From an uncultured Oscillospiraceae bacterium (GTDB lineage: Bacteria > Bacillota > Clostridia > Acetivibrionales > DTU013): a DNA stretch of 42,355 nucleotides. How positions within the stretch are numbered: position 1 is the first letter of the stretch; each line of letters begins with the position of its first letter. This document shows positions 8,232 to 17,363 of the stretch, piece after piece. A program made the position numbers and the translations under genes. The notes beneath the pieces are model-generated. The model saw only the letters and a list, made by a program, of their open reading frames with translations. It ran no database searches and had not been told where the DNA came from. The DNA is taken from contig CAYOKA010000002.1 in the NCBI GenBank assembly GCA_964404395.1, positions 1,497 to 43,851 on the forward strand. The letters run 5' to 3'.

Positions 8232-8257
8232 TAAAAAACGGGGCTAATCAACCCCGT
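8232..8257 (-). terminator. Intrinsic terminator-like hairpin between yacL and ispD
   Basis: The minus strand reads ACGGGGttgattagCCCCGT plus TTTTTT. It ends about 25 nt upstream of the ispD SD. Confidence 0.6.
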
Positions 8258-8320
8258 GTATTTTGTCTATAAAAATATTAAACAAACCACATTCAATATC
8301 ACATATTATTTTACTCAATA

Positions 8321-9397
8321 TTACATCACGCGCTCAATATTGCACTTGGGCTTTGCAAATATCATTCGACCCGCAGCCGTCTGCAATATGCTCGTTACAG
8401 TTACATTAAGGCTTTCCCCAATATGTTGCCTTCCGCCGTCTATGACAATCATTGTGCCATCGTCAAGATAACCGACTCCCTGACCGTTTTCCTTCCCATC
8501 CTTTATGACCTGCACAGTCATTTCCTCTCCGGGAAGCGCAATCGGCTTCATGGCATTGGCCAATTCGTTGATATTCAATACCGGAACACCTTGGAAATCA
8601 GCAACTTTATTCAAATTATAATCAATGGTTAAAACCTTGCCTCTCATTTTCTGAGCAAGCTTTAAAAGTGCACTGTCTACTTCGGTGTCGGAGGAAATTC
8701 CAACATTTTCCACTCTTACAGGAAATTCTAAATCCTTTTGAAGCATATTCAACACATCCAGACCACGTCTGCCACGGTTGCGCTTGAGGGAATCCTGGGA
8801 ATCAGCTATGTGCCTGAGCTCTTCCAGCACAAAGCTGGGAACGATGAGCTCCCCTTCGATAAAACCGCTTCTGCAAATATCGACGATTCTGCCGTCGATG
8901 ATAACACTCGTATCCAGTATCTTGCATCCGGTTTGAACACTACTGCCCTTCGCACCGGCAGTTTTTCCCCTCATAGAATCAAACAGATTTTCATTTTTCT
9001 TTCCCGCCGCCACAGCAACACCAACACAACTAAATATTACGTTTGCTGAAATTGAAATTGGTGTGCCAATAATATCGATGTCCTTTATAGGTATTGTAAC
9101 AAGATTTGCTATGACCAGACCCGCTATCAGGCCGATCGAACTAAGCACCAGCTCATATAGCGTCAGTTTTTGGAGAACTGCTTCCATTTCATCGAGTGAT
9201 TTCATTATTACATCAATCAACTTGTTTCCTGTGGTATAAAAAACAAGCGCAAAGGCGAGTGACACAACAACAAAGACCAGAGTCTTCAATTCCGGAGCCA
9301 GGTCTTGCAGTTGATTAGCAAAAAATGTCCTTGTTAGCGTTATGCCTGTCATACCGCCTACAGCTGCAAATGATAGTTTAATGGTATAATTCAACAC
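8321..9397 (-). CDS. yacL: PIN/TRAM-domain membrane protein (YacL family)
   Basis: The C-terminal half matches B. subtilis YacL as I recall it (KILDTSVIIDGRI...LEELRHIADS...RNRGRRGLD...GEEM.VQVIKDGKE..QGVGYLDDGTMIV...AAGRMIFAKPK). The start is set at GTG 9397 behind GGGGAG; the ORF-track start is 9454. Confidence 0.85.
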   Translation of the reverse strand: MLNYTIKLSFAAVGGMTGITLTRTFFANQLQDLAPELKTLVFVVVSLAFALVFYTTGNKLIDVIMKSLDEMEAVLQKLTLYELVLSSIGLIAGLVIANLVTIPIKDIDIIGTPISISANVIFSCVGVAVAAGKKNENLFDSMRGKTAGAKGSSVQTGCKILDTSVIIDGRIVDICRSGFIEGELIVPSFVLEELRHIADSQDSLKRNRGRRGLDVLNMLQKDLEFPVRVENVGISSDTEVDSALLKLAQKMRGKVLTIDYNLNKVADFQGVPVLNINELANAMKPIALPGEEMTVQVIKDGKENGQGVGYLDDGTMIVIDGGRQHIGESLNVTVTSILQTAAGRMIFAKPKCNIERVM

Positions 9398-9467
9398 TCT
9401 ATCAAACTCCCCTATAAATAATATTTCCCGTCCATCTTCGGTTAAATACCACATCTTCGGTCAAATA

Positions 9468-9947
9468 CTAAATTCTGAGGAAATCATTGATTACCGTTTC
9501 AATCTCTGTCTGGCTTGTATCTTCAGCCAGTACAAGTTCACTAACTAAAATCTGCTTTGCACTGTTCAGCATTTTTCTTTCGCCCGTTGAAAGCCCTTTT
9601 TCTCGATCTCTCTTCATAAGTATCCTTACAACATCCGCTACTTCATATATATTCCCACTTTTAATTTTTAACATATTCTCTCTATAACGTTGATTCCAGT
9701 TGTTTGTGACATTAACACTCTGATCCTGAAGAATCTCGTACACCTTGTCCACATCATGACTGCCTATTACTTCGCGGATACCTACTTCCTCCACATTTTG
9801 CGTCGGTATCATGACCTTCATGTCACCAACCGGCATTTTCATCACATAATAGTCCCGCTTCTGGCCAAGTATTTCTCTTTCCTCAATGGATTCGATCACA
9901 CCGGCTCCATGCATCGGATAAACTATTTTGTCGCCAACACTAAACAT
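9468..9947 (-). CDS. carD: CarD/CdnL-family RNA-polymerase-binding transcription factor
   Basis: The protein starts MFSVGDKIVYPMHGAGVIESIEE. The start is set at 9947 behind TTGGAGGAtttgttATG. Confidence 0.9.
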   Translation of the reverse strand: MFSVGDKIVYPMHGAGVIESIEEREILGQKRDYYVMKMPVGDMKVMIPTQNVEEVGIREVIGSHDVDKVYEILQDQSVNVTNNWNQRYRENMLKIKSGNIYEVADVVRILMKRDREKGLSTGERKMLNSAKQILVSELVLAEDTSQTEIETVINDFLRI

Positions 9948-10152
9948 AACAAATCCTCCAAACGAACCATAAAAAGGTACACATTTCACAATCTGCTGTG
10001 ATTTGTCTTTTGTCAGATATCGTTCGGCGAATTTATAGGTATCAGCCTGTTTTCGTCAGAAACGATTAATGAAATACCGAAAAAAATACTTCCCATGCAT
10101 CCATATAATAGAAATTAAGGAAGTCATTTATGCTCTCTTCAACCACTATAAT

Positions 10153-10181
10153 AGTATACACCATAATAATATTCTTGTCAA
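10153..10181 (-). promoter_or_regulatory. Sigma-A-type promoter upstream of carD (leader of about 200 nt)
   Basis: TTGACA (10176-10181), a 17 nt spacer, then TATACT (10153-10158). Confidence 0.7.
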
Positions 10182-10255
10182 AAGCAACTAATTTTGTCGC
10201 GGGCCATTCCCTATAGGCCAGGCATAATGCAGGACAATCAGCCAATATGCCATTA

Positions 10256-12076
10256 TCAAGTGTCAAGATTTATTTCCTCATCTGTGCCATTATCCACCAA
10301 TGCAGCACGGTTTATGCAAATGCTTGCCCCCAGTAATACCCAGAACACCGGTGCCGCCGAAACCGAGCTGTCTGAAAACATTCCGGCTACCAGATACCCG
10401 GGGATAGCAGCATTTATCAGCATCACATAAGTGAAACGATGATATGTAATCCTTTTGTTCTTTACGGTCCCTATACAAGACATAAAAAAGTACGCAAGAA
10501 GACAAATCAGCGAAATAAGTGAAATTACACCAGTGTTAATCGCAGTTTGCAAAAATATACTGTGGGGTTTATCTATAAGTATATTAGCATCATACATAAA
10601 ATTAAGCTTCCCCAGATAATCATCCTGGGGAAAATATATGGCGAAAGTGTCAGGACCATGGCCCAAAAATAATGTGTGCTTTATCAAAGGTATAGATCTT
10701 GACCATATGTATCCTCGCGCGGACGCAAATCGTTCCAGCCCTTTGAATCCAAAGCTTTCAATGGGCAGGACATCAACAACCCTGCCATGAGAATCAAGGG
10801 GTACAAATTCGTCATCAATAACTGCAAAAAGGAGGAATGACTTGTCCTTTACAATATTGATGATATTACCTGATACTTGTATAAAATAGCTGTCATACTT
10901 CTTATTTGTGAAAGTGTGTAAATCGTTGTTTTCTGCAGGCCTTAGCTCCAAAGGATTATCCTCGTCATCAAAAAAGCTAACCTTATTATCGGAAGCCTTT
11001 ATACGAAGCTTACTGAATTCACTATACAGAGTCAGTGTTCTACCTTCCGTCTCAAAATTCCTTACTTTATCCAGCTCGGGACGGATTGATTCTTCTTTTA
11101 TTGTAGAAAAAAAGGAAACGAATCTCTTGTTTAATGCTCCACCACTTTGAAATGACATTAAAACGAAAACAACAATGAAGAAGGAAAAAACGGTCAAAAC
11201 CCTTTTCCACCTTGCCCTATGCTTGAAATATAGCAATATCAATCCAAATAAAACACCAACCGCCGCGGCTGCATATGCCCCTCTTGAATAAGATCCGAGA
11301 AGGCCGGCGAACATCAGGCAGCTGTAGGCTGCAGAGGCCACAATATGAAGCTTCTTTTTTGCTGTCATTGTCAACACGAAGGAAAAGGGGAAAAGCATTG
11401 AAATATACATCCCAAAAGTATTGCTGTTGAAAAGAGTCGCGTATATCGCATTTTCGTAAGGTGTTCCTGCGTAATTGTCAGACCTTATGTTCAAGGCACC
11501 AACAGCTTCACCGGACATAATAAGCTTCTGTACCATTGAGGTTTTGAAAAGGTCCAGCCCACAAAATTGAAAAATTCCAATGAGGCAAATTAGCGTAGAA
11601 GATACAATAAGACAAGCCAGGAGAAGCCTTATGCTTGTTTCGTCATTAAATACATGAAGTGACACAAAAAGTAGCACCATATATGCCAAAATTATGAAGA
11701 TCCCTTCATATCTTCCGGCAAAGCCAAAATAGGCAATATGCTTATATTCAGAAAAGACAGTGGACAAAAGTGCAAATAGTAGAAAAACAATCAGCGGAAT
11801 ATAAATAATTACAGGCTTCGGCTTAATCTTATGGGACAAAAAACCCCAAAGCAGCATGATCACCGCTAAGCTAGCAAAAATTATTAATGCGGCATTCTTA
11901 TAATATGAGAAAAAATCAGCATCAATGTCGCCATGGGGCCAGATCCCAGCTACAGTAGTGTGGACAGGTATCATCTTCTGCTTCACAATGAGAGGTATCA
12001 ACCCTGCTGCCAATGCAACAGGTAATGCAAATATCCATGGTGCTTTTTTCGTAGACAGTTCAGATGCCACCTGCAT
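10256..12076 (-). CDS. O-antigen ligase/polymerase (Wzy_C) family polytopic membrane protein with a large extracytoplasmic loop insertion
   Basis: It has more than 10 hydrophobic segments and the motifs SYSRGAYAAAAVG and GHGPDTF...KPHSIFLQTAINTG. A hydrophilic insert of about 150 aa lies between them. An alternative GTG start lies at 12070. Confidence 0.75.
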   Translation of the reverse strand: MQVASELSTKKAPWIFALPVALAAGLIPLIVKQKMIPVHTTVAGIWPHGDIDADFFSYYKNAALIIFASLAVIMLLWGFLSHKIKPKPVIIYIPLIVFLLFALLSTVFSEYKHIAYFGFAGRYEGIFIILAYMVLLFVSLHVFNDETSIRLLLACLIVSSTLICLIGIFQFCGLDLFKTSMVQKLIMSGEAVGALNIRSDNYAGTPYENAIYATLFNSNTFGMYISMLFPFSFVLTMTAKKKLHIVASAAYSCLMFAGLLGSYSRGAYAAAAVGVLFGLILLYFKHRARWKRVLTVFSFFIVVFVLMSFQSGGALNKRFVSFFSTIKEESIRPELDKVRNFETEGRTLTLYSEFSKLRIKASDNKVSFFDDEDNPLELRPAENNDLHTFTNKKYDSYFIQVSGNIINIVKDKSFLLFAVIDDEFVPLDSHGRVVDVLPIESFGFKGLERFASARGYIWSRSIPLIKHTLFLGHGPDTFAIYFPQDDYLGKLNFMYDANILIDKPHSIFLQTAINTGVISLISLICLLAYFFMSCIGTVKNKRITYHRFTYVMLINAAIPGYLVAGMFSDSSVSAAPVFWVLLGASICINRAALVDNGTDEEINLDT

Positions 12077-12210
12077 TCTCCCTTATTCTAAAATGAAATC
12101 ATTATTCCCGGCGCATGCCCACATCAGCTAAAATAGCTGTAAGCATATAAATCACACACCGGAGGTAAATGATGCCCTCATGTATGAAAATATTATCACA
12201 CTCTGCCACC

Positions 12211-12249
12211 AAAAGAAAGAAGCCCCATGGAAAGTCGTTACGGGGCTTC
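12211..12249 (-). terminator. Intrinsic terminator after the SLH protein gene
   Basis: The minus strand reads GAAGCCCCgtaacgactttccatGGGGCTTC plus TTTCTTTT. Confidence 0.75.
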
Positions 12250-12315
12250 CTAACATCTTAGCTTCTTTGTTTTAGCTTCTTTGTTCCTTGCATTCAAATC
12301 CGACTCAATTCAATC

Positions 12316-15207
12316 TTAACCCGCTGGCTCTTCAAGGGTCTTAATTTCTACTGAATTGGAGGATCCTGCGTATTCGCCACCCTCGACAACTAGTCTGAAT
12401 TCATAAGCCGTGTTTGGTGTAAGACCTGTAGCTTTAGCAGTCGTAGACGTTGCATCAAGAGATGATTCAAGAGTAGTGTCAGTCCAGTTACTATCAGCAT
12501 CAGTCCTGTGCTGCACTTTTACTAAATTCGCACCCACAGGAGCCGAGAAACTGAAAGTGGCACTGGTACTGGTAGTATTATTATGCGCAAAGTCGATATA
12601 TTTGATTAAAGTAGTGACATTAACTACATTAGAAATACCTTCCCAGTCTCCACCTGTAACTTCAAGCCTGAACTCATAGCTAGTGTTTGATGCAAGATCT
12701 ATTGCTGTAGCAGATGTGGATGCACAGCCTAAAAGGGTCTCAGGGTCAATTGTAGCTTCAACCCAGGTTTTGCCTCCATCAATCGAATGTTCAATTTTTA
12801 CTGAATCGGCTCCATCAGGTGCACTAAACTTAAAAGTTGCCGTATTACTACTGTATCCATACAAGACAAAATCACTTTTGGGTCCTTTAATTAGTTGATC
12901 GACTCCAGATCTTTCATACCCTAATGCGCAAACATTTATTGAATAATTATTTCCGGTTTCAAACACGCCCTTATTAATTATAATTTTTCCTTCTTGAATT
13001 GTAAACTGAGGCTCCGGATCGTCGAGATTATAATATTTGTTAATATTGCTGTCCGCCCCGCTGCCTGCCCTATGATACACATGTATACTATAAATTGATC
13101 CTCTCCAGTCAGCGTTATCATCAAATTTCAACTCAATATCATTTTTAATATTATTATCAAAAGTATCTGCAGTCAGTTCCGGCGGTGTTAATATAGTGTT
13201 TACGGCTATTACGTTTGATACTCCTTCATTTATACCGCCTATTACATTTAGACTGATTTCATATTCCTTATCTGGACTTAAACCGCTCAAATAGTATTCC
13301 TCTGCAGTTTTGTCAATTGTTTCTACTAGTGTTGTCCATTCCGTTTCTGTCGGCTTTTCCCTATACTGCACTTCAACTGACTCTGCTTCGATTGGGGCCG
13401 TCCAAGTTAATCGGATAGATCCATCATAAGGCGATAATTCCCCCTTGAAATCTGAAACATACTCTACTAGTTTAAGTGAACTACTTACTTTTTCACTTGG
13501 CAGTTTGCGATTTCGATCACCATCACTGTCACCGGAAAGGCTAAATGAAATGTTTCCCGGCTCCGTAGGCATCTGCTTGTCTATTAGCCATAGTGTAAAT
13601 TCAGGTATATTGTCCAGATTCTTGATTGTTACAGTTTTCCCTCCATCGCTTATATTCTCAACTCCATCTAAATTGAGCTGACTGTCAGATGAAATGTAAC
13701 ACATATCGCTTGTCGTTGCAGCTATGCCATCCGGTAAATTAAAGATAACTGTCCCATTAGAAAACCTTTCACCCGGTGTATACTTGATATATAGATCTTT
13801 ATATGCTCCTATTGTGACGATTTCCGTGCCAATATCCAAACTCCCCTTTGCCGTCTTTACAGGTTTCGGAGGTGGCGTTGTGTCCGAAGGCGTTTCGACA
13901 GGCTTTGGTGCATTGTTTATCTTAACGCCGCTAACCATTACAGAAACGTCTTCTCCAATATCTAATTCCTGAGGCCTTGCATCAAGTATCACGTCATCTG
14001 TATTAATCTGTGCGTTTTCTATTCTTGAACCTCCCTTTACCATCACTTCGCTATCGGCAACAAAATTTGCAACACTAGCTGTATTCCCTATAACTATATC
14101 TGTCTTGCTGGTACCTTCCCTGACGTTTATTGTTCCGACAGTGCCGTCAGTAATCTCCGCATTAACATCATCAGCCTGAATGTCTAAGCTTATAAAGTCG
14201 CCATCAAGTGTAATCTGTTGACCGGCTGCAACTCGGATTACCTCAACCCCATTGAATCCATTTCCCGTCAGGTTGCTTTCAACAAGTCTTCCACCGGAAT
14301 TTAAAATGGTATTTTCAATCTCAGTGTTTCCCGAAGCTACAACCCTTACTTTTCCATCCTTTTTAATAATAATCAAACTACCGGTCAAGGCAGTATTGTG
14401 AAGAATGATGCTGTTTTCGCCGCCACCCTTTACAATGGTTCTTCCGGTAATTTTGACATTATCCAGCTTAATATCTCCATCTCCAATTCCCTCGGTAAGA
14501 TAAAGATCGCCATGGATTGTCATATCCTTAAGAATTACATTATCCGTATTAACGACAAGGTTGCCATTAACATCGCCTGTATATGTACCTTCCTTGTTCT
14601 TCAGATCCCCTACGATATTATCTATCATTTTCACGGCTTCTGCTCTGGTAATATTCCTTGTGGGCGCAAAAATATTGCCCGGTAAGCCAGCCATGTACCC
14701 ACAGCCTACAAGGGCATTAACTGCGTCTTTGCTCCACGAAGCTACTTTCCCTGCATCAGCAAACCTCGACAAATTATTCTCCGGATTTGCCTCAATATCA
14801 AATGCCCGCGCAAATACTAAAGCCGCTTCCTGTCTGGTTATGGGGTCATTTGGCCTGAACCGTCCAGCATTGCCGATGAAGTTGCCTGCTTCCGCAGACA
14901 ATGCCACATCATTTGCAAAAGGCATATCAGCTGCTACATCGGAAAATTCAACATCCGACTTCTCCACATAATTAAAAACCTTGCTCAGCAAAATGGCCAT
15001 ATCTACACGTTTAATGGGGTCCGAAGGGTTAAAAGCTCCGCTTTCATCGGTCTGTATAATACCATAGGAGAGCCATTTGCTTATTTCCTTATGTGCCCAG
15101 CTTTTTGAATAATCAGACGCTTGTGTTTGCGATAAAACACTTGTTAGGTTGAAAAGAATAACTAACATAACTACTAAGGCACTAATCAGCCTGAACCATT
15201 TTGTCAT
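12316..15207 (-). CDS. Cell-surface protein: signal peptide, 3 SLH repeats, beta-helix-like region, Pro/Thr linker, DUF1533-like module and 3 FN3-like modules
   Basis: The N-terminus is SLH-like (AFNPSDPIKRVDMAILL, RFRPNDPITRQEAALVFA, FAPTRNITRAEAVKMI). The FN3-like modules end ...YEFRLEVTGG and ...YEFRLVVEGG. The start is set at 15207 behind GAAAGGAAGGA. Confidence 0.85.
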   Translation of the reverse strand: MTKWFRLISALVVMLVILFNLTSVLSQTQASDYSKSWAHKEISKWLSYGIIQTDESGAFNPSDPIKRVDMAILLSKVFNYVEKSDVEFSDVAADMPFANDVALSAEAGNFIGNAGRFRPNDPITRQEAALVFARAFDIEANPENNLSRFADAGKVASWSKDAVNALVGCGYMAGLPGNIFAPTRNITRAEAVKMIDNIVGDLKNKEGTYTGDVNGNLVVNTDNVILKDMTIHGDLYLTEGIGDGDIKLDNVKITGRTIVKGGGENSIILHNTALTGSLIIIKKDGKVRVVASGNTEIENTILNSGGRLVESNLTGNGFNGVEVIRVAAGQQITLDGDFISLDIQADDVNAEITDGTVGTINVREGTSKTDIVIGNTASVANFVADSEVMVKGGSRIENAQINTDDVILDARPQELDIGEDVSVMVSGVKINNAPKPVETPSDTTPPPKPVKTAKGSLDIGTEIVTIGAYKDLYIKYTPGERFSNGTVIFNLPDGIAATTSDMCYISSDSQLNLDGVENISDGGKTVTIKNLDNIPEFTLWLIDKQMPTEPGNISFSLSGDSDGDRNRKLPSEKVSSSLKLVEYVSDFKGELSPYDGSIRLTWTAPIEAESVEVQYREKPTETEWTTLVETIDKTAEEYYLSGLSPDKEYEISLNVIGGINEGVSNVIAVNTILTPPELTADTFDNNIKNDIELKFDDNADWRGSIYSIHVYHRAGSGADSNINKYYNLDDPEPQFTIQEGKIIINKGVFETGNNYSINVCALGYERSGVDQLIKGPKSDFVLYGYSSNTATFKFSAPDGADSVKIEHSIDGGKTWVEATIDPETLLGCASTSATAIDLASNTSYEFRLEVTGGDWEGISNVVNVTTLIKYIDFAHNNTTSTSATFSFSAPVGANLVKVQHRTDADSNWTDTTLESSLDATSTTAKATGLTPNTAYEFRLVVEGGEYAGSSNSVEIKTLEEPAG

Positions 15208-15403
15208 AATTTTGTTCCTTCCTTTCGTAAAAAAGTTTAGCCTTTGCAAGTTACATGTAATATTTTCCATGTTCCATACATATTATAACAATTTTGGACA
15301 TAAGTCAGCTAATTATTCATTATTTACTAGTTCGCACAGGTATACTTAAGCCTTTACTTCTTGGACAGCTCCTTGAAAAACTGCAAAACGATAGTTTACG
15401 GCA

Positions 15404-15433
15404 TTGACAACGAGTTGTCCCAACATCTATAAT
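15404..15433 (+). promoter_or_regulatory. Sigma-A-type promoter whose -35 element lies inside a palindrome
   Basis: TTGACA (15404-15409), an 18 nt spacer, then TATAAT (15428-15433). The palindrome is TTGACAAcgagTTGTCCC (15404-15421). Confidence 0.65.
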
Positions 15434-15559
15434 AAATGTAGGCTAATACATTTTTGTATGTTCAATTCCAGTATATAGAGCGCGCTTGTGCATGGATTCT
15501 GACATAATATGTGCGTTAGCGCCTTATACAAAATGCGATGCATCAGGAGGATAAACACA

Positions 15560-15955
15560 ATGAAGGAAATGTTAATGGTTGAGTTTCAGAACACGGTACA
15601 GGATTTAATCTTTAGAAACAAAAGCATCATTGATTCCATTACAAAATATCAGGAATCCAATGCAAGGGTCAACCGCGCTGTTGTAAAGGCTGTCACACAA
15701 TGCGGGTGCATTTCGATCGAAGCAGGAAAGCAGAAAATGCCTGAAGACGGCAGTTTTGAAGAGGTTCGTGCGGCAATGGATACCCATGTCAGCGGGAAGC
15801 TTTGTGAAAACTGCACAGATCAGATTGAAAAGGAGCTTGGAAAGAATCTTTATTATATAACTTCCATATGCAATACACTTGACCTGAATCTCTATGATAT
15901 CCTGATAAAGGAGCTGGATCAGGTTAAAATGCTTGGTCAGTTCAATCTGGAATAG
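15560..15955 (+). CDS. Hypothetical cytoplasmic Cys-containing protein (131 aa)
   Basis: The SD AGGAGG lies 8 nt before the ATG at 15560. It carries CGC...CENC cysteines. The C-terminus (ELGKNLYYITSICNTLDLNLYDIL) faintly resembles MazG-like NTP pyrophosphohydrolases, but no function is assigned. Confidence 0.6.
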   Translation: MKEMLMVEFQNTVQDLIFRNKSIIDSITKYQESNARVNRAVVKAVTQCGCISIEAGKQKMPEDGSFEEVRAAMDTHVSGKLCENCTDQIEKELGKNLYYITSICNTLDLNLYDILIKELDQVKMLGQFNLE

Positions 15956-15971
15956 TATTTCTGGAATAGCA

Positions 15972-17336
15972 TTATTTAAAGGTGATTTCCAGAGCTTCCT
16001 GTAGATTTGAAACCGGAATTATCGCGGCTCCCGAAGTATTTTTAATTTGACGCGCCATTTTCATGTTCCCTTCCGGTATGACAATACTCTTAAAGCCGAG
16101 CCTTATAGCTTCCGAAATCCTTTTGTCTACCTGTGCTACAGCACGTATTTCTCCGGTAAGTCCGATTTCACCTATTAACACGCAGTCGTTGCAGACCGGC
16201 AGGTTTTTAAAGCTTGAAGCAACTGCAGCAGCAATACCTAGATCGCAAGCCGGTTCATCCAGCCGTATGCCTCCAACCACATTCAAATAAGCATCATAAT
16301 TATAAAGCTGAAGACCCACGCGCTTTTCCAGAACTGCCATCAGCATCGATAATCTGTTGTAATCAACTCCCGTGGCCATTCTTCTGGGTACAGCAAAATT
16401 CGTGACACAGACAAGGGACTGTATTTCAATCAACATGGGCCTTGTGCCCTCAAGGCTTGATACCACGGCAGATCCGGGAACATTATTTGATCTTCCCGAC
16501 AACATCATCTCTGAAGGATTTGTCACCTCTTCAAGGCCGGAATCCCGCATTTCAAATATACCGATTTCATTTGTGGATCCAAACCTGTTTTTTACCGCTC
16601 TTAATATGCGAAAGCTCAGATGCCTGTCCCCTTCAAAGTATAGCACGGTATCAACCATGTGCTCCAACACTCTGGGCCCTGCGATGGCACCGTCCTTAGT
16701 CACATGGCCTACAATCATCACGGTAATTCCGCTACTCTTCGCAAGTTTCATCAAAGCTGCCGTCACCTCTCTTACCTGGCTTACGCTGCCCGGCGCAGAG
16801 GTAATGCTATCCGAATACATGGTCTGTATGGAATCGATTATGACCAGCTCGGGTTTTTCTGCATCTATCAACCCGGCTATTGACTCATAGTTGGAAGCTG
16901 ATACGATAAATAAGTTCGAGCGCTTTACCTTCAACCTGTCAGCTCTTAGCTTGATCTGTCCGACGGATTCTTCTCCGGAGACGTACAATATTTTCGAGCC
17001 TGCGTGGGTTGTATTACATATCTGCAGCAGCAACGTTGATTTTCCGATACCCGGATCCCCTCCTATGAGTATTAGAGATCCCTTGACAACCCCCCCGCCG
17101 AGAACCCTGTCCAGCTCCCTTATACCGGTTGTGCTACGGTCTTCGCTTCCTATCTGCACTTCTTCCAGGCTAACCGATTTTATGGCACCATCCTGTTTCA
17201 CTGCTGCCTTAGCATTACTTACCATGCGTTCCTCGACAAAAGTGTTCCATTGCATACATGCCGGACATTTCCCGAGCCATCCGGATGACTCGTATCCACA
17301 TTCCTGACAAACAAATACTGTTTTACTTTTTGCCAT
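15972..17336 (-). CDS. radA: DNA repair protein RadA/Sms
   Basis: It has a zinc finger (CQECGYESSGWLGKCPAC), a Walker A motif (GGDPGIGKST), KNRFG, and a Lon-like C-terminal domain. Confidence 0.95.
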   Translation of the reverse strand: MAKSKTVFVCQECGYESSGWLGKCPACMQWNTFVEERMVSNAKAAVKQDGAIKSVSLEEVQIGSEDRSTTGIRELDRVLGGGVVKGSLILIGGDPGIGKSTLLLQICNTTHAGSKILYVSGEESVGQIKLRADRLKVKRSNLFIVSASNYESIAGLIDAEKPELVIIDSIQTMYSDSITSAPGSVSQVREVTAALMKLAKSSGITVMIVGHVTKDGAIAGPRVLEHMVDTVLYFEGDRHLSFRILRAVKNRFGSTNEIGIFEMRDSGLEEVTNPSEMMLSGRSNNVPGSAVVSSLEGTRPMLIEIQSLVCVTNFAVPRRMATGVDYNRLSMLMAVLEKRVGLQLYNYDAYLNVVGGIRLDEPACDLGIAAAVASSFKNLPVCNDCVLIGEIGLTGEIRAVAQVDKRISEAIRLGFKSIVIPEGNMKMARQIKNTSGAAIIPVSNLQEALEITFK

Positions 17337-17363
17337 AGCTCCTCCAAACTCAATACTGACTGC

